DNA of 64,000 nt from the IMG/VR virus record IMGVR_UViG_2876334352_000001; one strand, 5' to 3'. A model generated the notes under the pieces. The model worked only from the letters and a program-made list of their open reading frames with translations. It was not told the origin of the DNA and did not search any database. Shown here one piece after another: positions 1-9,330 of the stretch. The DNA comes from a virus (lineage: Duplodnaviria; Caudoviricetes). The position numbers and the translations under genes were made by a program. Every line of letters starts with the position of its first letter. The stretch's first letter is position 1.

Positions 1-499
1 CTCCCAAACCAAGGTTTTTGACAAAGAGCGCCGGGTCAGGAATATCTGCGCCGTGCTGGTCTTTGGCCAGCTTTTCCGCCAGCTTGTTCAACACCGTGGT
101 CGCAAAATTCGGATCGTTGCCGAGGGCATCAGCCAGCTCTTTGAGCGTATCCAGCGTCTCAGGAGCGCTGCCAGCAAGCGCCGCAAGTGCTTTGGCCACA
201 AACTCTGTCGTCGCCAGCTTCTTGCTGTTATCACTATTTGCAGGCGTAGGCGCTGTTGGCGTGCCGGTGAATGTCGGGCTGGCTTTCGGTGCGTACTGGG
301 TATGCGGGTCTGCTGCCGCGATGTGTTTCGCAAGTTCAGAACCGCCTTTTTCAACCTGTTGCTTCAGGTACAGCGTGCGGCTGGCCAGTTGTTTACCCTG
401 ACGGTTAGAGATTCCGTCAGGCCCACCCAGAACGGGGTCAGAGACCTCAATCTGGTAGATGCCTTCTTCCCACTGCGGGGTTTCAGGTAGGTTTGCCAT
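1..499 (-). CDS. Tail fibre protein, N-terminal part (runs off the window)
   Basis: Manual translation MANLPETPQWEEGIYQIE...HIAAADPHTQY...SAPETLDTLKELADALGNDPNFATT, typical P2 gpH-like repeats. Confidence 0.9.
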   Translation of the reverse strand, partial: MANLPETPQWEEGIYQIEVSDPVLGGPDGISNRQGKQLASRTLYLKQQVEKGGSELAKHIAAADPHTQYAPKASPTFTGTPTAPTPANSDNSKKLATTEFVAKALAALAGSAPETLDTLKELADALGNDPNFATTVLNKLAEKLAKDQHGADIPDPALFVKNLGLG

Positions 500-501
500 A
501 A

Positions 502-1080
502 TTAACTGCTCCCGTGGTTATAGCTGCCGTCATAGTTGACGGTGTTGTTGTAGCGAATGGCGACAGACTGATACTCCAGGCTTGCCAGATGGCAGCGGGC
601 CGGAGCAAAAGCAGCGAGCGTCTGGCGTAACAGCGCCGCCTGATCGTTAGTGATGGGCTGTTGAAGGATGACGCGATATACCGCCCAGGCTTCCGCATCG
701 CCATGAACGAAAAGCCCGTTGTAAGTGTGTTTGCCGTCGTAGCCAATCTGGCCAGTGCCTTCAATCAGATCCACTTCGCCGAAGCCGAAACGGCGGATAA
801 TTTCCCTGATTGACCACGGCGTCCCTTTGTAGCGGTGCAGCTCGATAGCGGATTTGATAAGCATGCGGCGTACATCGTCAGATTCCGCCAGCTCCCAGCC
901 ATCGCCGAACAGTGAGAACTGCTCGCCCAGCCATGGCAGCGCGGAACTGTCGACAATATCGACGAGATAGACCATCAGTACGCTCAGGTCGATGTTATCC
1001 AGCCGCCCGGCGAGTCTTCCCAGCGTTCTGAGACTGATATCACCCTCAAGCGGTGGCGGGAGTTGTAGCGGCTCAGCCAT
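502..1080 (-). CDS. Tail protein I (P2 gpI-like)
   Basis: LPWLGEQF and HRYKGT motifs; follows baseplate J. Confidence 0.85.
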   Translation of the reverse strand: MAEPLQLPPPLEGDISLRTLGRLAGRLDNIDLSVLMVYLVDIVDSSALPWLGEQFSLFGDGWELAESDDVRRMLIKSAIELHRYKGTPWSIREIIRRFGFGEVDLIEGTGQIGYDGKHTYNGLFVHGDAEAWAVYRVILQQPITNDQAALLRQTLAAFAPARCHLASLEYQSVAIRYNNTVNYDGSYNHGSS

Positions 1081-2176
1081 CGGACACCCCGGTCATGTTA
1101 AGAGTGATCGCCGTACAGTTTGCCCATTCGTTTTCTGCCACTACCTTCAGCACTGGTGTCACCAGTTCGACCTGATACACTCCGGCAACGGACAGCACGC
1201 TGATAATCTGACTGGGGACAATATCGCGCCCCAGCGTGGCGGTACGGGACGCCACCCAGTTCTGTATGGCGCTGTTGGCGTTGTCCTTTATCGAGTTGGC
1301 ATCCTGATCACGATAGATAGTGATGTTGGCTTCAATGGCGTAATCCACCTGCACAGGTGTTTTAGCCCGCACGGTGTCAGTGAGCGGCCTGACTTTTTCG
1401 TCCGAGCAGAAACTCTCTACCAGCGTAAGGATGCTGTCCTCCGGCAGGCCGGTACTGAGCAGCGGATACAGTTCTACGGTGCCGGGAACCGGGGAGAGCA
1501 CAGCGACGTCGACGATGTTGGGATGGGCCTGCATGGCATGAAAGCGGTATGCCATACGGCTTCCGGCGTTGGTGAATGACTCCGGGGCCAGTTTGATACG
1601 CTCGCGGAGCCTGTCATTGTCTTCCTGCTCTGAACCGCCAGAACTTGCCATCAGATTGGTCACCTGCAGGTCGACGTTATCAATCTCATCGAGCAACTGA
1701 CTGACCTGCGCAGGTTGCCAGCCATTGCCAGCGGCTCCCGGTTCGGTACAGGTGGCCGTGGCATTGACCAGAAGCAATCCGGCTTTCAGCACCACGTCCG
1801 TATCGGTGGCAAAAATAATGCTGTCGGAAGCGCTGACGCGGGTGCCTGCCGGAATCAGCACATCAATGGCCAGTGCCTCATCCACGGAGAACTGGAGAGT
1901 GGTGGTGGCAGGCTGCGCGGCAAGGCGGTAAACACCGACCAGTTCACCGAGGTAATCAATCATCGGCTCACGGGCAAAGGCGACCAGATTCTGTTTGGCC
2001 GCTTCCTGCGCCGCTACCCTGACCAGCATTTCGCGGTATGCCCACAGGTCAATCAACAGGCGCTCAGCCTGGGCGGGGTACAGCGTCTTGCCGGTTGCGG
2101 CTTCGTACTGTGCAATCATTTCAGTCGTGATTTTATCGGCGTCGCGTTCAATAAAATCGGGTTCTGTCAGCGCCAT
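1073..2176 (-). CDS. Baseplate J/gp47 protein
   Basis: GGSEQEDNDRLRER, AGSRMAYRFHA, VRPLTD motifs. Confidence 0.92.
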   Translation of the reverse strand: MALTEPDFIERDADKITTEMIAQYEAATGKTLYPAQAERLLIDLWAYREMLVRVAAQEAAKQNLVAFAREPMIDYLGELVGVYRLAAQPATTTLQFSVDEALAIDVLIPAGTRVSASDSIIFATDTDVVLKAGLLLVNATATCTEPGAAGNGWQPAQVSQLLDEIDNVDLQVTNLMASSGGSEQEDNDRLRERIKLAPESFTNAGSRMAYRFHAMQAHPNIVDVAVLSPVPGTVELYPLLSTGLPEDSILTLVESFCSDEKVRPLTDTVRAKTPVQVDYAIEANITIYRDQDANSIKDNANSAIQNWVASRTATLGRDIVPSQIISVLSVAGVYQVELVTPVLKVVAENEWANCTAITLNMTGVSDG

Positions 2177-2514
2177 AGCAGCTCCTGAGTCCGGGTCTGT
2201 CCGTCTGAGCCTTTCCAGCTCACCCGTAGCGTAAGATGTTCGCCGTCAACGGCGGGTTTAACCGACATAAGCTGGCAGCGAGGCTCCCAGCGGCGAATGG
2301 CATCGACGGATTCGCGCACCACATGTGGGATAGCACGGTCGATAGGCCAGTCGATATAAAGGTGCAGATTGCTGCCGAACTCCGGGCGATGTGGGTCGCT
2401 GCCGCGAGGAGTTCGCAGGATGATTTGGATGGCCTGCCAGATATCATCCAGCCCCTGGACGATTTCGCCGGGGGCCTGCAGGGCCGGTTGCCAGAATACG
2501 GAGGTTGTTTTCAT
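2167..2514 (-). CDS. Baseplate wedge W/gp25-like protein
   Basis: ILRTPRGSDPHRPEFGS...RWEPR motif. Confidence 0.9.
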   Translation of the reverse strand: MKTTSVFWQPALQAPGEIVQGLDDIWQAIQIILRTPRGSDPHRPEFGSNLHLYIDWPIDRAIPHVVRESVDAIRRWEPRCQLMSVKPAVDGEHLTLRVSWKGSDGQTRTQELLWR

Positions 2515-2520
2515 AGGGGC

Positions 2521-2563
2521 AGTATTGCCCCTGCGCGGGAACGCCGATATTAAAGGCGTTTAA
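2521..2563 (-). promoter_or_regulatory. Putative late promoter upstream of baseplate W
   Basis: Palindrome TTAAAGGCGTTTAA at 2550-2563 plus -10-like AATACT; same spacing as three other sites. Confidence 0.7.
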
Positions 2564-2569
2564 GAAGAT

Positions 2570-3166
2570 TCAGTGGGAGTGGTGGTTGGAGTTATCGCCG
2601 TCTGACAGCATGCTCCCGGTTGAATGGGCGTTCCCTTCAATCTCGACGTTGCCCCGAATTGTCGCGGCAGCACCTTCACCGCCAGAGCCTGCCATGCCGC
2701 CTTCATAGGTCAGTTTTCCTTTGACCAGCAGGTCGCCAGTCACTTCGGTTTGTGGTGCATCAATCGTGGCTTTCTGTGTTTTCACCGTCACGTCAGTGCT
2801 GCATTCAATCACTATATGCTCGATACCTCCCCGGATGGTGAGTGTATGGGAAGCGCGGTTGTAGCTGAACTCAGCCCCGTCCGCGTATTGAGTACCGCGA
2901 ACGTCTTTGTTGCCGAATGGCGGCTTGTCGACGTCGGAATACACCGCGCCAAGAATGACACCATCCTCACCGTTGGCGTCCAGCAGCACTTCAACCTGTT
3001 CTCCCACATCGGGAAGCCAGTAATCTTTGTTGTTCTGGGTGTTGCGCTGCAGTACGTTGATCCAGTTGGTGCGCATATTGTCGCACTCAGGCAGGCGAAC
3101 GCGGGCCTGAACCTTGTCGGCATCTACGGCGCTGACTGTACCGACCTGACGGGTGACGTCTGTCAT
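2570..3166 (-). CDS. Baseplate spike gpV
   Basis: PDVGEQV motif; C-terminal HSH metal-binding tip. Confidence 0.92.
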   Translation of the reverse strand: MTDVTRQVGTVSAVDADKVQARVRLPECDNMRTNWINVLQRNTQNNKDYWLPDVGEQVEVLLDANGEDGVILGAVYSDVDKPPFGNKDVRGTQYADGAEFSYNRASHTLTIRGGIEHIVIECSTDVTVKTQKATIDAPQTEVTGDLLVKGKLTYEGGMAGSGGEGAAATIRGNVEIEGNAHSTGSMLSDGDNSNHHSH

Positions 3167-4335
3167 TTATTCTTCTCCTTTATTACCGTTGAGGTGCTGC
3201 CATCCGGTTTGTAGACGGTCAGCGTCTGGGTCTTGCCGGTCTTGTTGCCTTTTTTCGCCTTGCCCTGAGTCACCGGCCCCCGCGCCACGTCCAGCTCCGT
3301 CACATAACCGCTATTGCGGTCAAAAGCGTGTCGGGCTGTAGTTATCAGCCATTGCCCGGATAACTGACCAAAACCCACCAGTTCGATTTTGTTACCCGCT
3401 GTCAGCTGTGGCGTCCCCATCAGCGTCAGGGAGCCGTTCTGCTGATATTCGTTATGGCTGGCCAGTGCGGAGTCCGCCTTGATTTTTGCGCTGTCAGGGT
3501 CGCTGACGCGGCTGTTGACCTTCAGTGAGTCGGCGCTCGTGACCTTGCCACCTTTGGTCTGTTTATCGCTTTCACTGGTGCCACCGTCAGCCTCGTAGAC
3601 AATCAGTTTTTTGCTGCTGCTCTTCTGGTGTTTCACCTTTGCGGACTTGTAGACCCGGTTGATGGTGTCGCGCAGGGAAAAGCGGGCGACATCCTGCGGT
3701 TTCAGTTGCTTAACCGGCTCCTGTGCACGAAGCGTGGCCAGATGGGAGAAAATCAGCTGGTCACTGACGACCTTCACCGCATAGCCATACTCGCTGGCCA
3801 GTCGACGCAGGAAACTGACGTCTGTTTCGGCATACTGCGTCACCCGGTCAATTTTGATGGATTCAATGCTGCCAACCAGCTTCAGCTGATGCTTTTTGGC
3901 GATACGTCCGGCAATAGCTGCCAGCGTGGTGCTCTCAAAGCCGCGACTGGTTTTAGTCCGTAAGGCGTTGTTAACCGATGTGGCCACGCCCCGGATAGCG
4001 ACAACGGACGCGGGCGAACTCACTTCGATCTCGTCTATCGAGAACGTACCGCAGGACAGCAGTTTCTCGCCCTGATAGCCCATCTTTAGCGTCAGCGTGT
4101 CACCCTTGCCCGGATACCACTTATCCAGCCACCGACCATCGGTGTCGTCCAGCTCCACCTCAATGGTGTCGGACTCGCTTTTGATGTTGTCGCTGTAGGT
4201 CACGCGGGTGACATAAGGTGCGATATCGTTAGTGATGTTCTTCTGCAGGTACCACAGGGTGAACACCGGACTCAGAACGTCGCTGATGCCGGTCAACGCT
4301 GATGCGGCCTGTGTGGTGCTGTTTACCTCAGCCAT
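3163..4335 (-). CDS. Baseplate hub (P2 gpD/Mu gp44-like)
   Basis: TQYAETDVSFLRRLASEYG motif. Confidence 0.9.
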   Translation of the reverse strand: MAEVNSTTQAASALTGISDVLSPVFTLWYLQKNITNDIAPYVTRVTYSDNIKSESDTIEVELDDTDGRWLDKWYPGKGDTLTLKMGYQGEKLLSCGTFSIDEIEVSSPASVVAIRGVATSVNNALRTKTSRGFESTTLAAIAGRIAKKHQLKLVGSIESIKIDRVTQYAETDVSFLRRLASEYGYAVKVVSDQLIFSHLATLRAQEPVKQLKPQDVARFSLRDTINRVYKSAKVKHQKSSSKKLIVYEADGGTSESDKQTKGGKVTSADSLKVNSRVSDPDSAKIKADSALASHNEYQQNGSLTLMGTPQLTAGNKIELVGFGQLSGQWLITTARHAFDRNSGYVTELDVARGPVTQGKAKKGNKTGKTQTLTVYKPDGSTSTVIKEKNK

Positions 4336-4538
4336 GGGGCAATATCCTCTTCTGTACTGGCATCGGTAGCCTCGATAACCGGAATCAATAGCAACAACCC
4401 GGAGGGCAGCACCGGCGTGATGGCCACATGCGGGTTAGCGGCGATAATTCGGGGATAACCCAGCGGGTCGCCATAGTACTGCCATGCGAGAGCGTCCCAG
4501 CGCTCTCCGTCACGGGTGACATGTTCAAGAAACATCAC
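4323..4538 (-). CDS. Tail protein X (LysM-like)
   Basis: GERWDALAWQYYG..IIAANP. Confidence 0.88.
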   Translation of the reverse strand: MMFLEHVTRDGERWDALAWQYYGDPLGYPRIIAANPHVAITPVLPSGLLLLIPVIEATDASTEEDIAPWLR

Positions 4539-5419
4539 ACACTCCTCGCCAGAATTCTGGCGGCCATGGTGCTTAACCCCGGCGACATGCGGGTGAAGGT
4601 GGTGCTGGCTGAATTAAGCTGACCAGAGACGGCATCAAGCGACGCTGCGATGTTGCTGCCGTCAACACCGCTCAGCGAAGACTGCGCCTGTTGTACATAT
4701 GTGGCCGCATCACTGGTGGCTCTGGCCAGACTGATGGCTTCGGGCATGGATTCGGAGAGCGCATTAAATGCCGGAACGCTTTGACCTAATGCCCCGGACA
4801 CGTTGCCCAGTCCGCTCATCAGCCCCGGCACGCGGGTCAGAGCGACGGCAGGGTTATCCTTCATTTTCTGTGCCACCCGAACGGCACTGATGGTTGTCTG
4901 CAAAGCAGACTGCGCCTGTCTGGCATAATTGACGCCGTCGCGGACGTACTGTGCCACCCCGGAAGGTGAAGGAACGGCACCGGAGACCGCCCCGACGCCG
5001 GGAACCTGCGTGCGTATTGCAGGCGGCTGCAGCGGGTTCTTCGGGTCGCCGATATACTCCCTTAGCGATGCAGTGGCGTTGACGGCCAGCACATTGCCGG
5101 TGCTGTCGGTCTGTTCGCTGGTCGCGGTCACGTCGGTAATGACGAACCAGCCACGATAGTCGCCATTCCCGAAGACCAGCGCCAGCGCCTGATGGGCCTT
5201 CATGGCCGTTCGCAGTCGTGCCAGCTCCACGTCGGGCACACAATAATGCTGATGGAAGACCAGGCTTATCTGGATTTCGTCCAGCTTGTCGCCGACGAAC
5301 TGAAGGCCGGGCTTTCCTTCGATGCGGGCATGTTCGGCATAATCGACCCCGAATGTGGCCTCGAAGCCGTCCCAGTAGGTAATCAGCTCAAACTCAATAT
5401 CACCCAGTACAGCAAACAT
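4535..5419 (-). CDS. P2 gpU-like tail protein with C-terminal extension
   Basis: MFAVLGDIEF..YAEHARIEGKPGLQFVG. Confidence 0.82.
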   Translation of the reverse strand: MFAVLGDIEFELITYWDGFEATFGVDYAEHARIEGKPGLQFVGDKLDEIQISLVFHQHYCVPDVELARLRTAMKAHQALALVFGNGDYRGWFVITDVTATSEQTDSTGNVLAVNATASLREYIGDPKNPLQPPAIRTQVPGVGAVSGAVPSPSGVAQYVRDGVNYARQAQSALQTTISAVRVAQKMKDNPAVALTRVPGLMSGLGNVSGALGQSVPAFNALSESMPEAISLARATSDAATYVQQAQSSLSGVDGSNIAASLDAVSGQLNSASTTFTRMSPGLSTMAARILARSV

Positions 5420-7908
5420 TATTCGTACCCCCGACGTTGTTTCTGAGCCATAAGGCGTTCCAGCATTTTCTCCAGTTCATGCAGGCTCATATTCAGTGCG
5501 CCGGTCAACCCGTCAGGCGCTGCGGTTTCTTTGCCATTGAGGTAAAACTGAGGATTAAAGCTGACCTGGATACCGCCAGACGTTCCGCCAGACGTTCCGC
5601 CACCAGTTGCAGCTGCGCCACGGCCTGAATATCCCGCAGCCATGATTTCCGGCGACGGGATACGGGGAACGTCTGGCGTCATCTCTGCGGCCAGTCGCTG
5701 GCCAGCCAGTGCTGCCAGCGGGGTGGTACGCTGCAGGCCGATAGCGGCACCCTGCGCGATGTTGTCACCAAAGCCCATGAATACCCGGCTTGGCGAATGG
5801 ATACCCAGCTTTTCTTTAAACCAGCCGCCAACGCTGTCGCCCATGTCTGTGACGGTGGTTTTGAGCGACTCCCATTTGTTTTTGATGCCGTTAATCAGGC
5901 CGTCGATAAGATGGCCACCGAAGTCGGTGAACTTCGCTGGCAGATCAACGCCGAGATATTTCAGCGCAGCCGCAAAGGCTTTATAGAGCAGACCAACCGG
6001 CGACCAGTTAATCAGCAGCTTACCAATCCCCACGACACCGCCGTTAAACGCCTCTTTAATGTCAGCCCAACGCTGTTTAAACCAGCTACTGACTGCGCCC
6101 CAGTTGCGGTAAATAAGGTAAGCTGCTGCCGCGACGGCGGTGATGGCGAGACCAATGGGATTCATCAGCAGCGCCCGGCCAATCCAGAGAACGGCACGCC
6201 CGGCGATCATAATGCCGCGAACCAGCCCTCCGGAGAGCACACCACCCAGTGTTCTGGCACCTCTGGCGACGGCGCTGAAGCCGGTCACCAGCCAGCGAAG
6301 TTTGCCGCCTTCACCCAGAGCGAGCGTAAGGCGAAGCCAACTGGATTGCAGCAGTACGATACTTTTCCAGACGTTGACAAAGGGGGAAATAAGAAGGTTT
6401 ATCCCCAGCTTGAGACCAATAACCGCAATTTTAAAAGCAATGAGCGCGGTAATAACTTTAAAAGTACCACTGACAAATTGTGGATGAGCCGCTACCCAAT
6501 GTTTTGCCCCCTGAATCAGAGGGAGAAGCTCCTGCGCCAGGGAAATAAAAGATGGAGCTAATTGATCGCCCAACGTAATAGCCAGATCGCGACTGTTGAC
6601 CACCAGAGCTTTGGTCGCTTCAAGAGGGGATTTCAGCCGCTGGTCGTAAGAGTTTCCAAGAAGATCGTTATCCGCTGCTTTGAGAGCACCGGCACGTATT
6701 TCACGGTACCTGTCCATGTTGGAAAGCATCGGGCGGACAAACGCCATGACCTGCATATCAGCGAACATCTCGCCCAGGCCGAAATTTTTTGCCAGTGCCT
6801 GAAGAGCCTCATCCCTCGCCGTATCGTTCTTTATTTTCATGGCGGATTTGAACCCGGCCAGAGCTTCAGGGCTTTTAGCATTGAGGTAGCGCTCTATGAC
6901 GCTCATCATGCCTTCAATCGGAGAGATTCCAGCAGCCTTATAACTTTCGATTGAACCCTGCAGGTCAACACCCAAATCGGCAAATTGTTTCTGAGTATCG
7001 CGGGCAAAAATTTTGGTGAGGAAGTTTTTAAAGTTATTGGCAGCTTCATCGGTGGAACCCGCACCAATTTTTGCTATCTGGAGGCTGGCACCGATTTCAG
7101 CCACAGCCTCTTTCCCGCTTGCAACTCCCGCCATCATTGGTGCCAGGGACTGCATCCATTTGACCTGATCCGGGATTTCAAATGACCCCTGGTCACCGGC
7201 ATAAGCCATAATATTTTGGACGGCACCAAAATCTTTAGCAGCACCTTTCAGTGAGTTTTGCCAGACGGCAGCAACCTTAGCCCAGTCCTGTCCAGCTGTA
7301 CGTGTCGCTGTTGCCGCACGAGCAATATCCGGCATTAAATACCCAATATCAGATACATTATCAATGTTGTCGCTGATGAGTGAACCCACTGCGTCCTGCA
7401 TGTCATCCTGGTACTGATTGTATTTAAGTGCCCAGCCTTTTATCTGTTCGGCAAGAGCATCCCGCGTTTTATCGTCATATTTTGCGGTGATCGACATATC
7501 AATCATTTTGTCTTTAAAAGACATAGACTGCTGAACTGCCGGGGAGACCGTATGATAAACAGTCTGCGCCATGGCATACGCTTCAACACCCTGACCATAC
7601 AACGCCATACGGTTGGTTTTTAGTGCATCACTGGTGGCTGATACCGCAGACAGACGGCGCTGCTGGCGTTCAACCTGTTCCATAGTTCGGCTGATCCGTA
7701 ACAGGTCGCTGTTAAGGCGCAGCATCCGGGAAGAGCCTAACTGACCATAACGTTCAGTTGCACGGGTTAAGGCGTTCTGGCGCTCCTGGAGGCGGCGGGA
7801 TGTATCATTCAGGGAGTCGAGGGCACGTCGGGTGCCGCTCACCGCTGAGCGGAAGGTGCTGCCAACCATGCCACCAATAACAACACCAACGGAAAAGTTA
7901 CTGGCCAC
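5419..7908 (-). CDS. Tape measure protein
   Basis: 829 aa, Ala/Gly rich; NPIGLAITAV and LGIHSPSRVF motifs. Confidence 0.93.
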   Translation of the reverse strand: MASNFSVGVVIGGMVGSTFRSAVSGTRRALDSLNDTSRRLQERQNALTRATERYGQLGSSRMLRLNSDLLRISRTMEQVERQQRRLSAVSATSDALKTNRMALYGQGVEAYAMAQTVYHTVSPAVQQSMSFKDKMIDMSITAKYDDKTRDALAEQIKGWALKYNQYQDDMQDAVGSLISDNIDNVSDIGYLMPDIARAATATRTAGQDWAKVAAVWQNSLKGAAKDFGAVQNIMAYAGDQGSFEIPDQVKWMQSLAPMMAGVASGKEAVAEIGASLQIAKIGAGSTDEAANNFKNFLTKIFARDTQKQFADLGVDLQGSIESYKAAGISPIEGMMSVIERYLNAKSPEALAGFKSAMKIKNDTARDEALQALAKNFGLGEMFADMQVMAFVRPMLSNMDRYREIRAGALKAADNDLLGNSYDQRLKSPLEATKALVVNSRDLAITLGDQLAPSFISLAQELLPLIQGAKHWVAAHPQFVSGTFKVITALIAFKIAVIGLKLGINLLISPFVNVWKSIVLLQSSWLRLTLALGEGGKLRWLVTGFSAVARGARTLGGVLSGGLVRGIMIAGRAVLWIGRALLMNPIGLAITAVAAAAYLIYRNWGAVSSWFKQRWADIKEAFNGGVVGIGKLLINWSPVGLLYKAFAAALKYLGVDLPAKFTDFGGHLIDGLINGIKNKWESLKTTVTDMGDSVGGWFKEKLGIHSPSRVFMGFGDNIAQGAAIGLQRTTPLAALAGQRLAAEMTPDVPRIPSPEIMAAGYSGRGAAATGGGTSGGTSGGIQVSFNPQFYLNGKETAAPDGLTGALNMSLHELEKMLERLMAQKQRRGYE

Positions 7909-7971
7909 GATGGGTATCCTCTGGGTCGGTAAATAAAAGAAGAAAAGCCGGGAAAGTGTGGGGGGAGTATC

Positions 7972-8003
7972 GAAGAAAGAAAGCAGCCATTATCCGGCTG
8001 CTA
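7972..8003 (-). terminator. Intrinsic terminator-like hairpin between the chaperone and tape measure genes
   Basis: Minus strand AGCAGCC-ggataat-GGCTGCT followed by TTCTTTCTT. Confidence 0.55.
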
Positions 8004-8008
8004 AATAA

Positions 8009-8152
8009 TTAATCCTTGTCGCCGAACTCGCTTTTGATTTGCTCTTCAGCCTGCTCCAGCCACATCTCCAGATCGTCAGTATCGAGGGCATCAATCTCCC
8101 CAGGCTGAAATCTAAACCACCTCGCCAGCAGCCCCTGTGCTTGCGTCAACAC
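8009..8152 (-). CDS. GpE'-like tail chaperone extension (47 aa, not in the ORF track)
   Basis: VLTQAQGLLARWFRFQPGEIDALDTDDLEMWLEQAEEQIKSEFGDKD; overlaps the chaperone 3' end in the +1/-2 frame. Confidence 0.75.
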   Translation of the reverse strand: MLTQAQGLLARWFRFQPGEIDALDTDDLEMWLEQAEEQIKSEFGDKD

Positions 8153-8426
8153 TTTCGCCGCTCTCGCCCATCCCAGTGACGAGCTGAAATCGTTTCTGCA
8201 ACTGCAGGTAATCAGCTAAATCCATATTGTCGAGGTCTTCCGGGAGAATGCCGGTACTGCGGGCAATCAGCGGTTCATCCCAGTCAGCCGGGTCTTTACT
8301 GATTTTGCGTACCTGCTTCAGGTCTTTGACTGTGAGCCGCTTCAGCTCAATTTGCTCAACACGAACACCGGAAGCGGTAGTAAAAGGGTGTGTCAGGGTG
8401 AAAATTGCAGATTGTGTCTGTGACAT
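8112..8426 (-). CDS. Tail assembly chaperone (gpE/Mu gp41-like)
   Basis: LKRLTVKDL..DLDNMDLADY; lies between tube and tape measure genes. Confidence 0.85.
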   Translation of the reverse strand: MSQTQSAIFTLTHPFTTASGVRVEQIELKRLTVKDLKQVRKISKDPADWDEPLIARSTGILPEDLDNMDLADYLQLQKRFQLVTGMGESGESVDASTGAAGEVV

Positions 8427-8453
8427 GTTTATGCTCCTTTGTAAGTTCAGAGC

Positions 8454-8496
8454 AGTATGTCCGGTGGTGAGGCTGGCAGATATTAAAGGGGATTAA
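8454..8496 (-). promoter_or_regulatory. Putative late promoter upstream of the tail chaperone
   Basis: TTAAAGGGGATTAA at 8483-8496 plus CATACT at the conserved distance. Confidence 0.7.
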
Positions 8497-8519
8497 GAAG
8501 AAAGGGGCCGAAGCCCCTG
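8495..8519 (-). terminator. Intrinsic terminator
   Basis: Minus strand AGGGGC-TTCG-GCCCCT followed by TTCTTCTT. Confidence 0.75.
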
Positions 8520-8524
8520 TGATG

Positions 8525-8806
8525 TCAGCGAGTGCGAAAGCCTTTGCAGTTACGCAGGAAGGCGATGAGAAGCGCCTTTCCTTCGGCTTTGCCGATGCCG
8601 GTGAACCAGTGGTCAGGTGGCTCCCATGCCTCAATCAGGTCAGCCAGCTTCCGTGCTTTAGAGCGGGTGCAGTCAATCGGGTCATTGGTTTTCTGGGTAT
8701 TAAAAAGGTTTTCCACCCCCGGAATATCAAGGAGGGTAAACCACGTACCATTTTCCATGCCTATCGAACCACAGTTCCCGCCTTTATCTTCAATCTCGAC
8801 GGTCAC
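8525..8806 (-). CDS. Hypothetical phage protein
   Basis: 93-aa ORF starting 2 bp after the tube gene stop and ending just before a terminator. Confidence 0.65.
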   Translation of the reverse strand: MTVEIEDKGGNCGSIGMENGTWFTLLDIPGVENLFNTQKTNDPIDCTRSKARKLADLIEAWEPPDHWFTGIGKAEGKALLIAFLRNCKGFRTR

Positions 8807-8808
8807 CG

Positions 8809-9330
8809 TCAGCCCCCGATATTGATGCGGTAGTCAGTCAACTGGTCAACGCCGCCGACGCGGAAGATGTTGGCCAGATAGTCCAGCTCCAGCAGCTCTT
8901 CACCATCCAGTACCTGCTTGATGTACGTGCAGGTGAAGCTGCTGGAGAACTCGGCGTTCTCGTGCTGTTTGAACGTCCCCAGCGGGTTCTTCTTGAACAT
9001 GATCGTCAGGAAGGTGACCAGCGGAATTTCGTCAATCAGCCCCTGCGAACTGTAGCGCTGGACGCTGGAACGGCACTGCAGCGCCAGCGACTTATACGGG
9101 TTCGCAGCAGACAGCATCGCGTCGCGGTAAAAGCTGTTCCACTTGATCTCGCCCTCAAGCTTGTCGAAGCCTGCCGGGAGTTCCACCTTGCCCACCATCC
9201 CCAGCGCCTTATGCTCCTGCATGGTCATGGAGACGTCAGGCAGTTTGACCTCCTCGGCCCGGCCCAGCAGGTTAGCGCCATCCAGGTAGATGTTGGCATT
9301 CGTGATGCGGTTGATCTCAATCTTTGCCAT
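8809..9330 (-). CDS. Major tail tube protein (P2 FII-like)
   Basis: 173 aa; EEVKLP and ELDYLANIFRVGGVDQL. Confidence 0.9.
   Translation of the reverse strand: MAKIEINRITNANIYLDGANLLGRAEEVKLPDVSMTMQEHKALGMVGKVELPAGFDKLEGEIKWNSFYRDAMLSAANPYKSLALQCRSSVQRYSSQGLIDEIPLVTFLTIMFKKNPLGTFKQHENAEFSSSFTCTYIKQVLDGEELLELDYLANIFRVGGVDQLTDYRINIGG

Noticed and set aside
5573-5602. 12-bp tandem repeat in the tape measure gene
   Set aside because: Encodes a GGTS linker duplication; no sign of function
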